Positions 33,864 through 45,896 of a DNA stretch of 64,000 nucleotides are shown here, in pieces. Origin of the DNA: Escherichia coli. GTDB lineage: Bacteria; Pseudomonadota; Gammaproteobacteria; Enterobacterales; Enterobacteriaceae. The stretch's first letter is position 1. The number at the start of each line of letters is the position of its first letter. The position numbers and the translations under genes were made by a program. Where the stretch lies: NCBI RefSeq assembly GCF_003019035.1, contig NZ_CP027447.1, one strand, 5' to 3'. The notes beneath the pieces are model-generated. The model was given only the letters and a program-made list of their open reading frames with translations. It ran no database searches and was not told the origin of the DNA.

Positions 33864-36800
33864 ATGAGCGGAAAACCGGCGGCGCGTCAGGGCGACATGA
33901 CGCAGTATGGCGGTAGCATTGTTCAGGGTTCAGCCGGGGTACGTATTGGTGCTCCCACCGGCGTGGCCTGTTCGGTGTGCCCCGGCGGGGTGACGTCCGG
34001 CCATCCGGTCAATCCGCTGCTCGGTGCGAAGGTCCTTCCCGGCGAAACCGACCTTGCCCTGCCCGGCCCGCTGCCGTTCATCCTCTCCCGCACCTACAGC
34101 AGTTACCGGACAAAAACGCCCGCGCCGGTGGGGAGCCTCGGCCCCGGCTGGAAAATGCCCGCGGATATCCGCTTACAGCTGCGCGATAACACACTGATAC
34201 TCAGTGATAACGGCGGCAGGAGCCTGTATTTTGAGCACCTGTTTCCCGGTGAGGACGGTTACAGCCGCAGCGAGTCACTCTGGCTGGTGCGCGGCGGCGT
34301 GGCGAAACTGGATGAAGGTCACCGGCTGGCCGCACTCTGGCAGGCGCTGCCGGAAGAGCTTCGCCTGAGTCCGCATCGTTATCTGGCGACGAACAGTCCG
34401 CAGGGGCCGTGGTGGGTACTCGGCTGGTGTGAGCAGGTGCCGGAGGCGGATGAGGTGCTGCCCGCGCCGCTGCCGCCGTACCGGGTACTGACCGGGCTGG
34501 TGGACCGCTTCGGGCGCACACAGACGTTTCACCGTGAGGCTGGCGGTGAATTCAGCGGCGAAATCACCGGCGTGACGGATGGTGCCGGGCGTCACTTCCG
34601 GCTGGTACTGACCACGCAGGCGCTGCGGGCAGAAGAGGCCCGGCAGCAGGCCATTTCCGGCGGGACGGAACCGTCCGCTTTTCCTGATACCCTGCCGGAC
34701 TACACGGAATATGGCCGGGACAACGGCATCCGCCTGTCCGCCGTGTGGCTGACGCACGACCCGGAATATCCGGACAACCTGCCAGCCGCGCCGCTGGTAC
34801 GCTATGGCTGGACGCCACGCGGCGAACTGGCGGCGGTGTATGACCGCAGCGGCACACAGGTGCGCAGCTTTACTTACGATGATAAATACCGGGGCCGGAT
34901 GGTGGCGCACCGTCACACGGGCCGGCCGGAAATCCGTTACCGTTACGACAGCGACGGGCGGGTGACAGAACAGCTAAACCCGGCAGGCTTAAGCTACACG
35001 TATCAGTATGAGAAAGACCGCATCACCATCACCGACAGCCTGGACCGCCGTGAAGTCCTGCACACGCAGGGCGAAGGCGGGCTGAAGCGGGTGGTGAAAA
35101 AGGAACACGCGGACGGCAGCGTCACGCAGAGTCAGTTTGACGCGGTGGGCAGGCTTAAGGCACAGACGGATGCCGCAGGCCGGACGACTGAGTACAGCCC
35201 GGATGTGGTGACGGGACTCATCACGCGCATCACCACGCCGGATGGCAGGGCATCGGCGTTTTACTATAACCACCACAGCCAGTTAACGTCAGCCACCTGG
35301 CCTGACGGGCTGGAAATACGCCGGGAATATGATGAATCCGGCCGTCTGATTCAGGAAACCGCCCCTGACGGCGATATCACCCGCTACCGTTATGATAATC
35401 CACACAGTGACTTCCCCTGCGCAACGGAGGATGCCACCGGCAGCCGGAAAACCATGACGTGGAGCCGTTACGGTCAGTTGCTGACCTTCACCGACTGTTC
35501 CGGCTACCAGACCCGTTATGACCATGACCGCTTCGGGCAGATGACGGCGGTGCACCGCGAGGAAGGCCTGAGCCAGTGCCGCGCATACGACAGCCGTGGA
35601 CAGTTAATTGCGGTGAAAGACACGCAGGGCCATGAAACGCGGTATGAATACAACGCCGCCGGTGACCTGACCGCCGTCATTGCCCCGGACGGCAGCAGAA
35701 ACGGGGCACAGTACGATGCGTGGGGAAAGGCCGTCCGTACCACGCAGGGCGGGCTGACCCGCAGTATGGAATACGATGCTGCAGGACGGGTCATCCGCCT
35801 GACAAACGAAAACGGCAGCCACACCACCTTCCGTTACGATGTACTCGACCGGCTGATACAGGAAACCGGCTTTGACGGCCGCACACAGCGTTACCACCAC
35901 GACCTGACCGGCAAACTTATCCGCAGCGAGGATGAGGGGCTGGTCACCCACTGGCACTATGACGAAGCAGACCGCCTCACGCAGCGCACCGTGAATGGCG
36001 AAACCGCAGAGCGGTGGCAGTATGACGAACGCGGCTGGCTGACAGGCATCAGCCATCTCAGCGAAGGGCACCGGGTGACGGTGCATTACAGGTATGATGA
36101 GAAAGGCCGCCTGACCGGTGAGCGCCAGACGGTGCATCACCCGCAGACGGAAGCACTGCTCTGGCAGCATGAAACCAGACATGCGTACAATGCGCAGGGG
36201 CTGGCGAACCGCTGTATACCGGACAGCCTGCCCGCCGTGGAATGGCTGACTTATGGCAGTGGTTACCTGGCAGGGATGAAGCTGGGTGACTCGCCCCTGG
36301 TGGAGTACACCCGCGACCGCCTGCACCGGGAAACGCTGCGCAGCTTCGGCCGTTATGAACTCACCACCGCTTATACCCCTGCCGGGCAGTTACAGAGCCA
36401 GCACCTGAACAGCCTGCAGTATGACCGCGATTACACCTGGAACGACAACGGCGAACTCATTCGCATCAGCAGCCCGCGCCAGACCCGGAGTTACAGCTAC
36501 AGCGACTCCGGCAGGCTGACCGGCGTTCACACCACCGCAGCGAACCTGGATATCCGCATCCCGTATGCCACGGACCCGGCAGGTAACCGCCTGCCCGACC
36601 CGGAGCTGCACCCGGACAGCACCCTCAGCATGTGGCCGGATAACCGTATCGCCCGTGACGCGCACTATCTTTACCGGTATGACCGTCACGGCAGGCTGAC
36701 GGAGAAAACCGACCTCATCCCGGAAGGGGTTATCCGCACGGATGATGAGCGGACTCACCGGTACCATTACGACAGCCGGCACCGGCTGGTGCACTACACG

Positions 36801-38063
36801 CGGACACAATATGCAGAGCCGCTGGTCGAAAGTCGCTATCTTTACGACCCGCTGGGCCGCAGGGTGGCAAAACGGGTGTGGCGGCGTGAACGGGACCTGA
36901 CGGGCTGGATGTCGCTGTCACGGAAACCGGAAGTGACCTGGTACGGCTGGGACGGCGACCGGCTGACCACGATACAGAACGACAGAACCCGCATCCAGAC
37001 GATTTATCAGCCGGGGAGCTTCACGCCACTCATCAGGGTCGAAACTGCCACCGGTGAGCTGGCGAAAACGCAGCGCCGCAGCCTGGCGGATGCGCTTCAG
37101 CAGTCCGGCGGCGAAAACGGTGGCAGTGTGGTGTTCCCGCCGGTGCTGGTGCAGATGCTCGACCGGCTGGAAAGTGAAATCCTGGCTGACCGGGTGAGTG
37201 AGGAAAGCCGCCGCTGGCTGGCATCGTGCGGCCTGACGGTGGCGCAGATGCAAAACCAGATGGACCCGGTGTACACACCGGCGCGAAAAATCCACCTGTA
37301 CCACTGCGACCATCGCGGCCTGCCGCTGGCGCTTGTCAGCACGGAAGGGGCAACAGAATGGTGCGCAGAATACGATGAGTGGGGCAACCTGCTGAATGAA
37401 GAGAACCCGCACCAGCTGCAGCAGCTCATCCGCCTGCCGGGTCAGCAGTATGATGAGGAGTCCGGCCTGTATTACAACCGCCACCGCTATTATGACCCGC
37501 TGCAGGGGCGGTATATCACTCAGGATCCTATTGGGCTGAAGGGGGGATGGAATTTTTATCAGTATCCGTTGAATCCGGTTCAGTATATAGATTCAATGGG
37601 ACTGGCATCAAAATATGGACACTTAAATAATGGCGGATATGGAGCGAGACCCAACAAACCGCCTACGCCCGATCCAAGTAAATTGCCAGACATAGCGAAA
37701 CAATTAAGACTGCCATATCCTATTGACCAGGCCAGTAGTGCGCCTAATGTTTTCAAAACATTCTTCAGAGCATTAAGCCCTTACGACTACACACTGTATT
37801 GCAGGAAGTGGGTAAAACCAAATCTGACTTGTACGCCACAGGATGATCCCCAGTATCCAGGGATGGATACAAAGACAGCAAGTGATTACCTGCCACAGAC
37901 AAATTGGCCAACAACTCAATTACCACCAGGATATACTTGTGCAGAACCCTATTTATTCCCAGACATTAATAAACCCGATGGGCCAGCAACAGCAGGGATA
38001 GATGATTTGGGTGAAATTTTAGCTAAAATGAAACAGAGAACATCGAGAGGAATAAGAAAATGA
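33864..38063 (+). CDS. rhsC: Rhs-family polymorphic toxin (N-terminal PAAR-like region, YD-repeat shell, DPIGL core end, ~175-aa variable C-terminal tip)
   Basis: 1399 aa; PAARQGD motif at residues 5-11; GC-rich repeat core; DPIGL at 37523-37537; sharp GC drop after it; located after ybfA as rhsC is in K-12. Confidence 0.9.
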   Translation: MSGKPAARQGDMTQYGGSIVQGSAGVRIGAPTGVACSVCPGGVTSGHPVNPLLGAKVLPGETDLALPGPLPFILSRTYSSYRTKTPAPVGSLGPGWKMPADIRLQLRDNTLILSDNGGRSLYFEHLFPGEDGYSRSESLWLVRGGVAKLDEGHRLAALWQALPEELRLSPHRYLATNSPQGPWWVLGWCEQVPEADEVLPAPLPPYRVLTGLVDRFGRTQTFHREAGGEFSGEITGVTDGAGRHFRLVLTTQALRAEEARQQAISGGTEPSAFPDTLPDYTEYGRDNGIRLSAVWLTHDPEYPDNLPAAPLVRYGWTPRGELAAVYDRSGTQVRSFTYDDKYRGRMVAHRHTGRPEIRYRYDSDGRVTEQLNPAGLSYTYQYEKDRITITDSLDRREVLHTQGEGGLKRVVKKEHADGSVTQSQFDAVGRLKAQTDAAGRTTEYSPDVVTGLITRITTPDGRASAFYYNHHSQLTSATWPDGLEIRREYDESGRLIQETAPDGDITRYRYDNPHSDFPCATEDATGSRKTMTWSRYGQLLTFTDCSGYQTRYDHDRFGQMTAVHREEGLSQCRAYDSRGQLIAVKDTQGHETRYEYNAAGDLTAVIAPDGSRNGAQYDAWGKAVRTTQGGLTRSMEYDAAGRVIRLTNENGSHTTFRYDVLDRLIQETGFDGRTQRYHHDLTGKLIRSEDEGLVTHWHYDEADRLTQRTVNGETAERWQYDERGWLTGISHLSEGHRVTVHYRYDEKGRLTGERQTVHHPQTEALLWQHETRHAYNAQGLANRCIPDSLPAVEWLTYGSGYLAGMKLGDSPLVEYTRDRLHRETLRSFGRYELTTAYTPAGQLQSQHLNSLQYDRDYTWNDNGELIRISSPRQTRSYSYSDSGRLTGVHTTAANLDIRIPYATDPAGNRLPDPELHPDSTLSMWPDNRIARDAHYLYRYDRHGRLTEKTDLIPEGVIRTDDERTHRYHYDSRHRLVHYTRTQYAEPLVESRYLYDPLGRRVAKRVWRRERDLTGWMSLSRKPEVTWYGWDGDRLTTIQNDRTRIQTIYQPGSFTPLIRVETATGELAKTQRRSLADALQQSGGENGGSVVFPPVLVQMLDRLESEILADRVSEESRRWLASCGLTVAQMQNQMDPVYTPARKIHLYHCDHRGLPLALVSTEGATEWCAEYDEWGNLLNEENPHQLQQLIRLPGQQYDEESGLYYNRHRYYDPLQGRYITQDPIGLKGGWNFYQYPLNPVQYIDSMGLASKYGHLNNGGYGARPNKPPTPDPSKLPDIAKQLRLPYPIDQASSAPNVFKTFFRALSPYDYTLYCRKWVKPNLTCTPQDDPQYPGMDTKTASDYLPQTNWPTTQLPPGYTCAEPYLFPDINKPDGPATAGIDDLGEILAKMKQRTSRGIRK

Positions 38064-38629
38064 AAAGAATTTTGTTCTTTTTGCTGATGATATTTGTTAG
38101 TTTTGGTGTTATAGCTGATTGCGAAACACAAGCTAAAGATCAAGATTGCTTTACCATTTTCACTAAGGGTACTATTTTTTCCGCGTTTCCTGTCTTAAAT
38201 AATAAAACCATATGGAGATGGTATCAGAATGAGGACATAGGTGAGTATTATTGGCAAACAGAACTTGGTATATGTAAAAATAACAAATTCACACCAAGCG
38301 GGGCGAGACTCTTAATTCGCGTCGGATCACTACGCCTTAATGAAAATCATGCAACCAAAGGAACGTTGCAGGAGTTGCTAAATACAGCAGAAAAAACGGC
38401 GTTTCTCGGCGATCGGTTTAGAAGTTATATAAGAGCGGGTATCTATCAAAAAAAGAGCAGTGATCCAGCTCAGTTGTTGGCAGTCCTTGATAATTCAATC
38501 ATGGTTAAATATTTTAAAGATGAGAAGCCAACTTATGCTCGAATGACAGCACATCTCCCGAACAAAGATGAGTCTTACGAATGTTTAACAAAAGTACAGC
38601 ATGAACTGCTTCGTAGTGAAGAAAAATAA
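38060..38629 (+). CDS. predicted cognate immunity protein of the Rhs tip (signal-peptide bearing)
   Basis: 189 aa; start overlaps the rhs stop (ATGA); N-terminal [19 protein letters not shown] hydrophobic signal; AT-rich like the toxin tip. Confidence 0.55.
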   Translation: MKRILFFLLMIFVSFGVIADCETQAKDQDCFTIFTKGTIFSAFPVLNNKTIWRWYQNEDIGEYYWQTELGICKNNKFTPSGARLLIRVGSLRLNENHATKGTLQELLNTAEKTAFLGDRFRSYIRAGIYQKKSSDPAQLLAVLDNSIMVKYFKDEKPTYARMTAHLPNKDESYECLTKVQHELLRSEEK

Positions 38630-38797
38630 AATCTCTTCCTGAGAAAATAAATTAACTATTCGAAAAAATATGTTCTTAATGGGTATCCAGGTACACCAGA
38701 AGGTCGATTTGGAAAAATGGATTCCGATGGTAAGAATATCATATATTCTGAATGTAATGTTTTACCCACAACTTTTGAGATTCGATAGGTGTAGAGC

Positions 38798-39100
38798 ATG
38801 AGAAACTCACTAATATTACTTATTATGATATTGTTTACAATATCACACTCAGTATTTGGAAAAGAAAATTCAGTGGAAATTTTAGTAAATAGTCGTGAAA
38901 TGGCTTTGGAATTATCATATGTTTACATTAAATATGTATACGGGAAAGAAAAAGCAGAATTTCAGAAACCATATAGTATTACAGATGACAATAATTGTTG
39001 GAAAATCGAGGGAAAACAACCGAAGACGTTAGGAGGAAATTTTACAATACTAATAGCGAAAAAAGATGGGCAAGTGTTGAATGTAATACACACAAAATAA
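38798..39100 (+). CDS. small secreted protein, likely orphan immunity protein
   Basis: 100 aa with signal peptide MRNSLILLIMILFTISHSVFG; AT-rich; lies directly after a start-less toxin-tip-like reading frame (38651-38788). Confidence 0.45.
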   Translation: MRNSLILLIMILFTISHSVFGKENSVEILVNSREMALELSYVYIKYVYGKEKAEFQKPYSITDDNNCWKIEGKQPKTLGGNFTILIAKKDGQVLNVIHTK

Positions 39101-39279
39101 TCCACTGTACAGTCGATTCAAATATTTTACCAAGGTGTGTTTTGTAACAATTTTGTGTACAATATGACTCTACATATCGACGAAAAAACCACTTGATTTG
39201 ACAGGAACACATTCAAAAAAATTTCTTTATTCATTTCAGGAGCGATTTTCATCTGTTACTTGAAGTATCTGTGAGATTA

Positions 39280-39645
39280 AGTGACTCCCCCTAACGTCGT
39301 ACTAAATAGTAATTACTGTCCATACCGGGAGCAGTATTCGGCGCTCCCCACATGCAGCAGAATAACCGCATCAGCGAAGATGTATTGTATTTTTACTATC
39401 ACAATGTGTACGGACGGTTTATGGAAAAGAATGAAAATTAGATACGCGATGGGGCGGCAGGTTACACGGTTATCACTACGATAGCCAATACTGGCTGGTG
39501 CATTACCGCCGTGAACAATAGGACGCCGTACTGCTGGAAATTTCTTACCTTTATGACTCCCCGCGCCGCCGTATTGGGAAACGGGAAGCAATCAAGATGA
39601 GGCTGATATAATGTGCGGAATGCCTGAGTATTTTTAGAATAGGGG
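39280..39645 (+). pseudogene. decayed fragment of a divergent Rhs core
   Basis: GC-rich island in an AT-rich stretch; frames read YHYDSQYWLVHYRREQ* and LYDSPRRRIGKRE, resembling the core segment [12 protein letters not shown]...[12 protein letters not shown] of the intact rhs, with stops and frameshifts. Confidence 0.5.
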
Positions 39646-39651
39646 GGTAAT

Positions 39652-40053
39652 ATGTTTGATAGAATATATCTTGGTGATCGAGCAATAAAAAAAATTGAAT
39701 TTTATTTATGGACTAAACAAATTAGAATTCAGGTTAATTTAATCTCAAGGATAGCCTATGGTACAACAGAATGGAATTTTTATGATAATGAAGACTTAGA
39801 AGATGGTTATTTGGTATTTTCAGATGTTAGTTTCTTCAATATAACTCCTAATGGCTCTATTCCTGATGATTATATAATTTCAATAATTACAGATAATGTC
39901 AATGTTGAATATTTTGAATCAACTATAGTTGCAGTTGGACAAATTCCAAATACAAATTCTGGAGACATTGATAATATTGGTGAGTGTCAAATTTTCATCA
40001 GGTATAAACACAGCTGGATTGAGAATAAATTCAAAGAAAAAATAATTGAATAA
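39652..40053 (+). CDS. hypothetical cytoplasmic protein, possible orphan immunity protein
   Basis: 133 aa; GGGGGG Shine-Dalgarno; very AT-rich; sits immediately after the decayed Rhs fragment. Confidence 0.45.
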   Translation: MFDRIYLGDRAIKKIEFYLWTKQIRIQVNLISRIAYGTTEWNFYDNEDLEDGYLVFSDVSFFNITPNGSIPDDYIISIITDNVNVEYFESTIVAVGQIPNTNSGDIDNIGECQIFIRYKHSWIENKFKEKIIE

Positions 40054-40145
40054 CCATGTTATGTATAGACATTTTAGATGGAACGAACCAGAGGAAGGCA
40101 TGCCTCCGACTTGGGTTATATGGGCACGGAGTTTTAGTGTAGTGA

Positions 40146-40400
40146 ACTCAACGACGCAAACCGAATAACCTGCCGCTGGCGCTTATCAGCACGGAAGGGG
40201 CAACAGAATGGTGCGCAGAATACGATGAATGGGGCAACCTGCTGAATGAAGAGAACCCGCACCAGCTGCAGCAGCTCATCCGCCTGCCGGGTCAGCAGTA
40301 TGATGAGGAGTCCGGCCTGTATTACAACCGCCACCGCTATTATGACCCGCTGCAGGGGCCAGGGAAAGATCACGTAACGCTGCTTTTTTGTACTAAATAA
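40146..40400 (+). pseudogene. start-less orphan Rhs core-end fragment with alternative 13-aa tip
   Basis: 40170-40358 is nearly identical to 37319-37507 of the intact rhs ([63 protein letters not shown]), then diverges to [13 protein letters not shown]; in-frame stop at 40143 and no start codon. Confidence 0.7.
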
Positions 40401-40503
40401 TTCGCATTTTATGTTTAAAAATTGAGATATTCCTCATTACCTAAAGCTGTTTTTCATTGCTTATACATGATCAAATACTCCTTACATAATTAAGGAGAAC
40501 AAA

Positions 40504-41352
40504 ATGGAACTTAAAAAATTGATGGAGCATATTTCTATTATCCCAGATTACAGACAAGCCTGGAAAGTGGAACATAAATTGTCTGATATTCTACTGTTGA
40601 CTATTTGTGACGTTATTTCTGGTGCAGAAGGTTGGGAAGATATAGAGGATTTTGGGGAAACACATCTCGATTTTTTAAAACAATATGGTGATTTTGAAAA
40701 TGGTATTCCTGTTCACGATACCATTGCCAGAGTTGTATCCTGTATCAGTCCTGCAAAATTTCACGAGTGCTTTATTAACTGGATGCGTGACTGCCATTCT
40801 TCAGATGATAAAGACGTCATTGCAATTGATGGAAAAACGCTCCGGCACTCTTATGACAAGAGTCGCCGCAAGGGAGCGATTCATGTCATTAGTGCGTTCT
40901 CAACAATGCACAGTCTGGTCATCGGACAGATCAAGACGGATGAGAAATCCAATGAGATCACAGCTATCCCGGAACTTCTTAACATGCTGAATATTAAAGG
41001 AAAAATCATCACAACTGATGCGATGGGTTGCCAGAAAGATATTGCAGAGAAGATACAAAAACAGGGCGGTGATTATTTATTCGCTGTAAAAGGAAACCAG
41101 GGGCGGCTAAATAAAGCCTTCGAGGAAAAATTTCCGCTGAAAGAATTAAATAATCCAGAGCATGGCAGTTACGCAATGAGTGAAAAGAGTCACGGCAGAG
41201 AAGAAATCCGTCTTCATATTGTTTGCGATGTCCCTGATGAACTTATTGATTTCACGTTTGAATGGAAAGGGCAGCCATGGACAGAAAATATCTGGCGTCA
41301 GTCCTTGCGGGGAGCGTGCTTTCGTAATTTTGCCCTGCTACAACAGGATTAA
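40504..41352 (+). mobile_element. ybfD: H-repeat-associated (ISAs1-family) transposase gene, internally deleted derivative (ybfD-like)
   Basis: 282-aa [35 protein letters not shown]... running into an out-of-frame tail; a 16-codon frame (41277-41327, [16 protein letters not shown]) that I recall as the C-terminus of full-length H-repeat proteins lies in another frame. Confidence 0.7.
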
Positions 41353-41412
41353 CTTCACAAACATCATTTGCCAACGTCTACACTTACTCCTGTTAATATC
41401 TCAGGAGCAGTA

Positions 41413-41922
41413 ATGAATCAGCAACGATTTGATGAAAGCACTCTAATCCGTATCTTCGCGCTTTATGAGTTACATCGACTGAAAGAACATGGCTTAACGC
41501 GCGGGGCACTCAACGATTATCACAGCCGCTATAAACTCGTCTTTCTGGCCCATTCCCAGTCCGAGTACCGCAAACTTGGCCCGTTTGTGGCTGATATTCA
41601 CCAGTGGCAAAATCTGGATGACTATTACAACCAGTACCGCCAACGCGTAATTGTTTTGCTTTCTCACCCTGCCAACCGGCGTGATCATACTAACGTTTTG
41701 ATGCACGTTCAGGGTTATTTTCGCCCTCATATTGATTCCACAGAACGCCAGCAGCTGGCTGCGCTTATCGACAGTTATCGCCGTGGCGAGCAACCACTTC
41801 TTGCGCCGCTGATGCGTATCAAACACTATATGGCGCTTTATCCTGACGCCTGGCTTTCAGTGCAGCGTTATTTCGAACTTTGGCCGTGTGTGATTAACTT
41901 GCGCCATTCAGGAGTTTTATGA
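41413..41922 (+). CDS. ybgA: DUF1722 protein co-transcribed with photolyase
   Basis: 169 aa from MNQQRFDESTLIRIF; AGGAG Shine-Dalgarno; stop overlaps the phr start. Confidence 0.85.
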   Translation: MNQQRFDESTLIRIFALYELHRLKEHGLTRGALNDYHSRYKLVFLAHSQSEYRKLGPFVADIHQWQNLDDYYNQYRQRVIVLLSHPANRRDHTNVLMHVQGYFRPHIDSTERQQLAALIDSYRRGEQPLLAPLMRIKHYMALYPDAWLSVQRYFELWPCVINLRHSGVL

Positions 41923-43337
41923 CTACCCATCTGGTCTGGTTTCGCCAGGATTTACGTCAGCACGATAATCTCGCGCTGGCTGCCGCCTGCCGCAATTCGT
42001 CTGCGCGCGTGCTGGCGTTGTATATCGCTACACCACGCCAGTGGGCGGCGCATAACATGTCGCCGCGTCAGGCTGAACTTATCAATGCTCAACTGAATGG
42101 GCTACAAATCGCGCTGGCGGAAAAAGGCATTCCTTTGCTGTTTCATGAAGTGGATGACTTTGCCGCCAGCGTCGAAATAGTTAAACAGGTGTGCGCGGAA
42201 AATCGTGTTACCCATCTGTTTTATAACTATCAGTATGAGGTGAATGAGCGGGCGCGGGATGTGCAGGCTGAGAGGGCGCTGCGTAACGTGGTGTGTGAAG
42301 GATTTGACGACGGCGTGATCCTGCCGCCGGGGGCGGTGATGACTGGCAATCATGAGATGTACAAAGTCTTTACGCCATTTAAAAACGCCTGGCTTAAACG
42401 GCTGCGAGAAGGGATGTCGGAGTGCGTCGCTGCGCCAAAAGTACGTAGTAGCGGATCGATAGATCCCGCGCCATCCATTACGCTGAATTATCCTCGTCAG
42501 CCTTTCGATACTGCGCATTTCCCGGTGGAAGAGAAAGCGGCGATTGCGCAATTACGCCAGTTTTGCCAGAACGGTGCCGGAGAGTATGAGCAACAGCGAG
42601 ATTTCCCTGCGGTAGAAGGCACCAGCCGTTTGTCCGCCAGCCTGGCAACGGGCGGGTTATCGCCTCGCCAGTGTTTGCATCGCCTGTTGGCGGAACAGCC
42701 GCAGGCGCTGGACGGTGGGGCCGGTAGTATCTGGCTTAATGAGCTGATCTGGCGCGAGTTTTACCGTCATCTGATAACGTATTACCCCTCGCTGTGTAAA
42801 CATCGTCCGTTTATTGTCTGGACCGACCGCGTGCAGTGGCAGAGCAATTCCGCGCATTTAAAGGCCTGGCAGGAAGGCAAAACGGGATACCCGATTGTTG
42901 ATGCTGCCATGCGTCAGCTTAACAGCACTGGCTGGATGCATAACCGGCTACGGATGATTACAGCCAGTTTTTTGGTGAAAGATTTATTGATCGACTGGCG
43001 CGAAGGTGAGCGATATTTCATGTCGCAGCTGATTGATGGTGATTTGGCAGCCAATAACGGTGGCTGGCAGTGGGCCGCTTCAACCGGAACCGATGCAGCG
43101 CCGTATTTTCGTATTTTTAACCCGACAACCCAGGGCGAGAAATTTGACCGCGAAGGCGAGTTTATCCGCCAGTGGCTACCGGAACTGCGCGATGTGCCAG
43201 GGAAAGTGGTGCATGAGCCGTGGAAGTGGGCGCAGAAAGCAGGTGTGACGCTGGATTATCCGCAACCGATAGTTGATCACAAAGAGGCAAGGCTGCGAAC
43301 GCTGGCAGCGTACGAAGAAGCGAGGAAAGGAGCCTGA
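41919..43337 (+). CDS. phr: deoxyribodipyrimidine photolyase
   Basis: 472 aa; photolyase N-terminal and FAD-binding domains (WREFY, GWMHNRLRM motifs). Confidence 0.95.
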   Translation: MTTHLVWFRQDLRQHDNLALAAACRNSSARVLALYIATPRQWAAHNMSPRQAELINAQLNGLQIALAEKGIPLLFHEVDDFAASVEIVKQVCAENRVTHLFYNYQYEVNERARDVQAERALRNVVCEGFDDGVILPPGAVMTGNHEMYKVFTPFKNAWLKRLREGMSECVAAPKVRSSGSIDPAPSITLNYPRQPFDTAHFPVEEKAAIAQLRQFCQNGAGEYEQQRDFPAVEGTSRLSASLATGGLSPRQCLHRLLAEQPQALDGGAGSIWLNELIWREFYRHLITYYPSLCKHRPFIVWTDRVQWQSNSAHLKAWQEGKTGYPIVDAAMRQLNSTGWMHNRLRMITASFLVKDLLIDWREGERYFMSQLIDGDLAANNGGWQWAASTGTDAAPYFRIFNPTTQGEKFDREGEFIRQWLPELRDVPGKVVHEPWKWAQKAGVTLDYPQPIVDHKEARLRTLAAYEEARKGA

Positions 43338-43378
43338 TAAAACGCAGCGAGCGTTTTATCAGGTATGGTGCTGGCCTA

Positions 43379-45043
<1,665 letters not shown>

Positions 45044-45130
45044 TTAATATGTCAAAAGATTGGCTATCGACGAACAGGCGAGGTAACGCTATGTTAACGG
45101 TGTAGCTATCAGAATACGGAAGGCGCGAAG

Positions 45131-45874
45131 ATGAAAAACACCGAACTGGAACAACTGATTAACGAAAAACTGAACAGCGCGGCGATTAGTGATTATGCGC
45201 CGAATGGTTTGCAGGTGGAAGGCAAAGAGACGGTGCAAAAAATTGTTACCGGTGTCACCGCCAGCCAGGCTTTGCTCGATGAAGCGGTGCGTCTGGGCGC
45301 GGATGCGGTCATTGTGCATCATGGCTACTTCTGGAAAGGTGAATCTCCGGTCATTCGCGGAATGAAGCGTAACCGTTTAAAAACGTTGCTGGCGAATGAT
45401 ATCAACCTGTATGGCTGGCATCTGCCCCTGGACGCGCATCCGGAGCTGGGTAATAACGCACAACTGGCGGCGTTACTGGGGATCACGGTCATGGGCGAAA
45501 TTGAGCCGTTGGTGCCGTGGGGCGAACTGACCATGCCTGTGCCGGGACTGGAACTGGCCTCCTGGATTGAAGCGCGTCTGGGACGTAAGCCGTTATGGTG
45601 TGGCGATACCGGACCTGAGGTGGTCCAGCGCGTTGCCTGGTGCACGGGCGGCGGGCAAAGTTTTATCGATAGCGCCGCGCGTTTTGGCGTGGATGCTTTT
45701 ATTACTGGCGAAGTTTCTGAACAGACCATTCATTCAGCCCGCGAGCAGGGATTGCATTTTTATGCTGCGGGTCACCATGCCACTGAACGTGGTGGTATTC
45801 GCGCGTTGAGCGAGTGGCTGAATGAAAATACCGATCTTGATGTGACCTTTATTGATATTCCTAATCCTGCATAA
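45131..45874 (+). CDS. ybgI: Nif3-family metal-binding protein
   Basis: 247 aa. Confidence 0.85.
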   Translation: MKNTELEQLINEKLNSAAISDYAPNGLQVEGKETVQKIVTGVTASQALLDEAVRLGADAVIVHHGYFWKGESPVIRGMKRNRLKTLLANDINLYGWHLPLDAHPELGNNAQLAALLGITVMGEIEPLVPWGELTMPVPGLELASWIEARLGRKPLWCGDTGPEVVQRVAWCTGGGQSFIDSAARFGVDAFITGEVSEQTIHSAREQGLHFYAAGHHATERGGIRALSEWLNENTDLDVTFIDIPNPA

Positions 45875-45896
45875 CGAATAATCAGAGGGATCGAAA

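Noticed and set aside
34201-37484. Multiple ORFs on both strands inside the Rhs gene (for example 34275-34916, 35604-36326, 36918-37484)
   Set aside because: Alternative frames of the GC-rich YD-repeat region; their translations are Pro/Arg/Ala-rich and overlap the long intact Rhs frame.
40134-40373. 79-aa minus-strand ORF over the orphan Rhs repeat
   Set aside because: It is the reverse frame of the Rhs core-end repeat; the plus strand carries the conserved Rhs reading frame.
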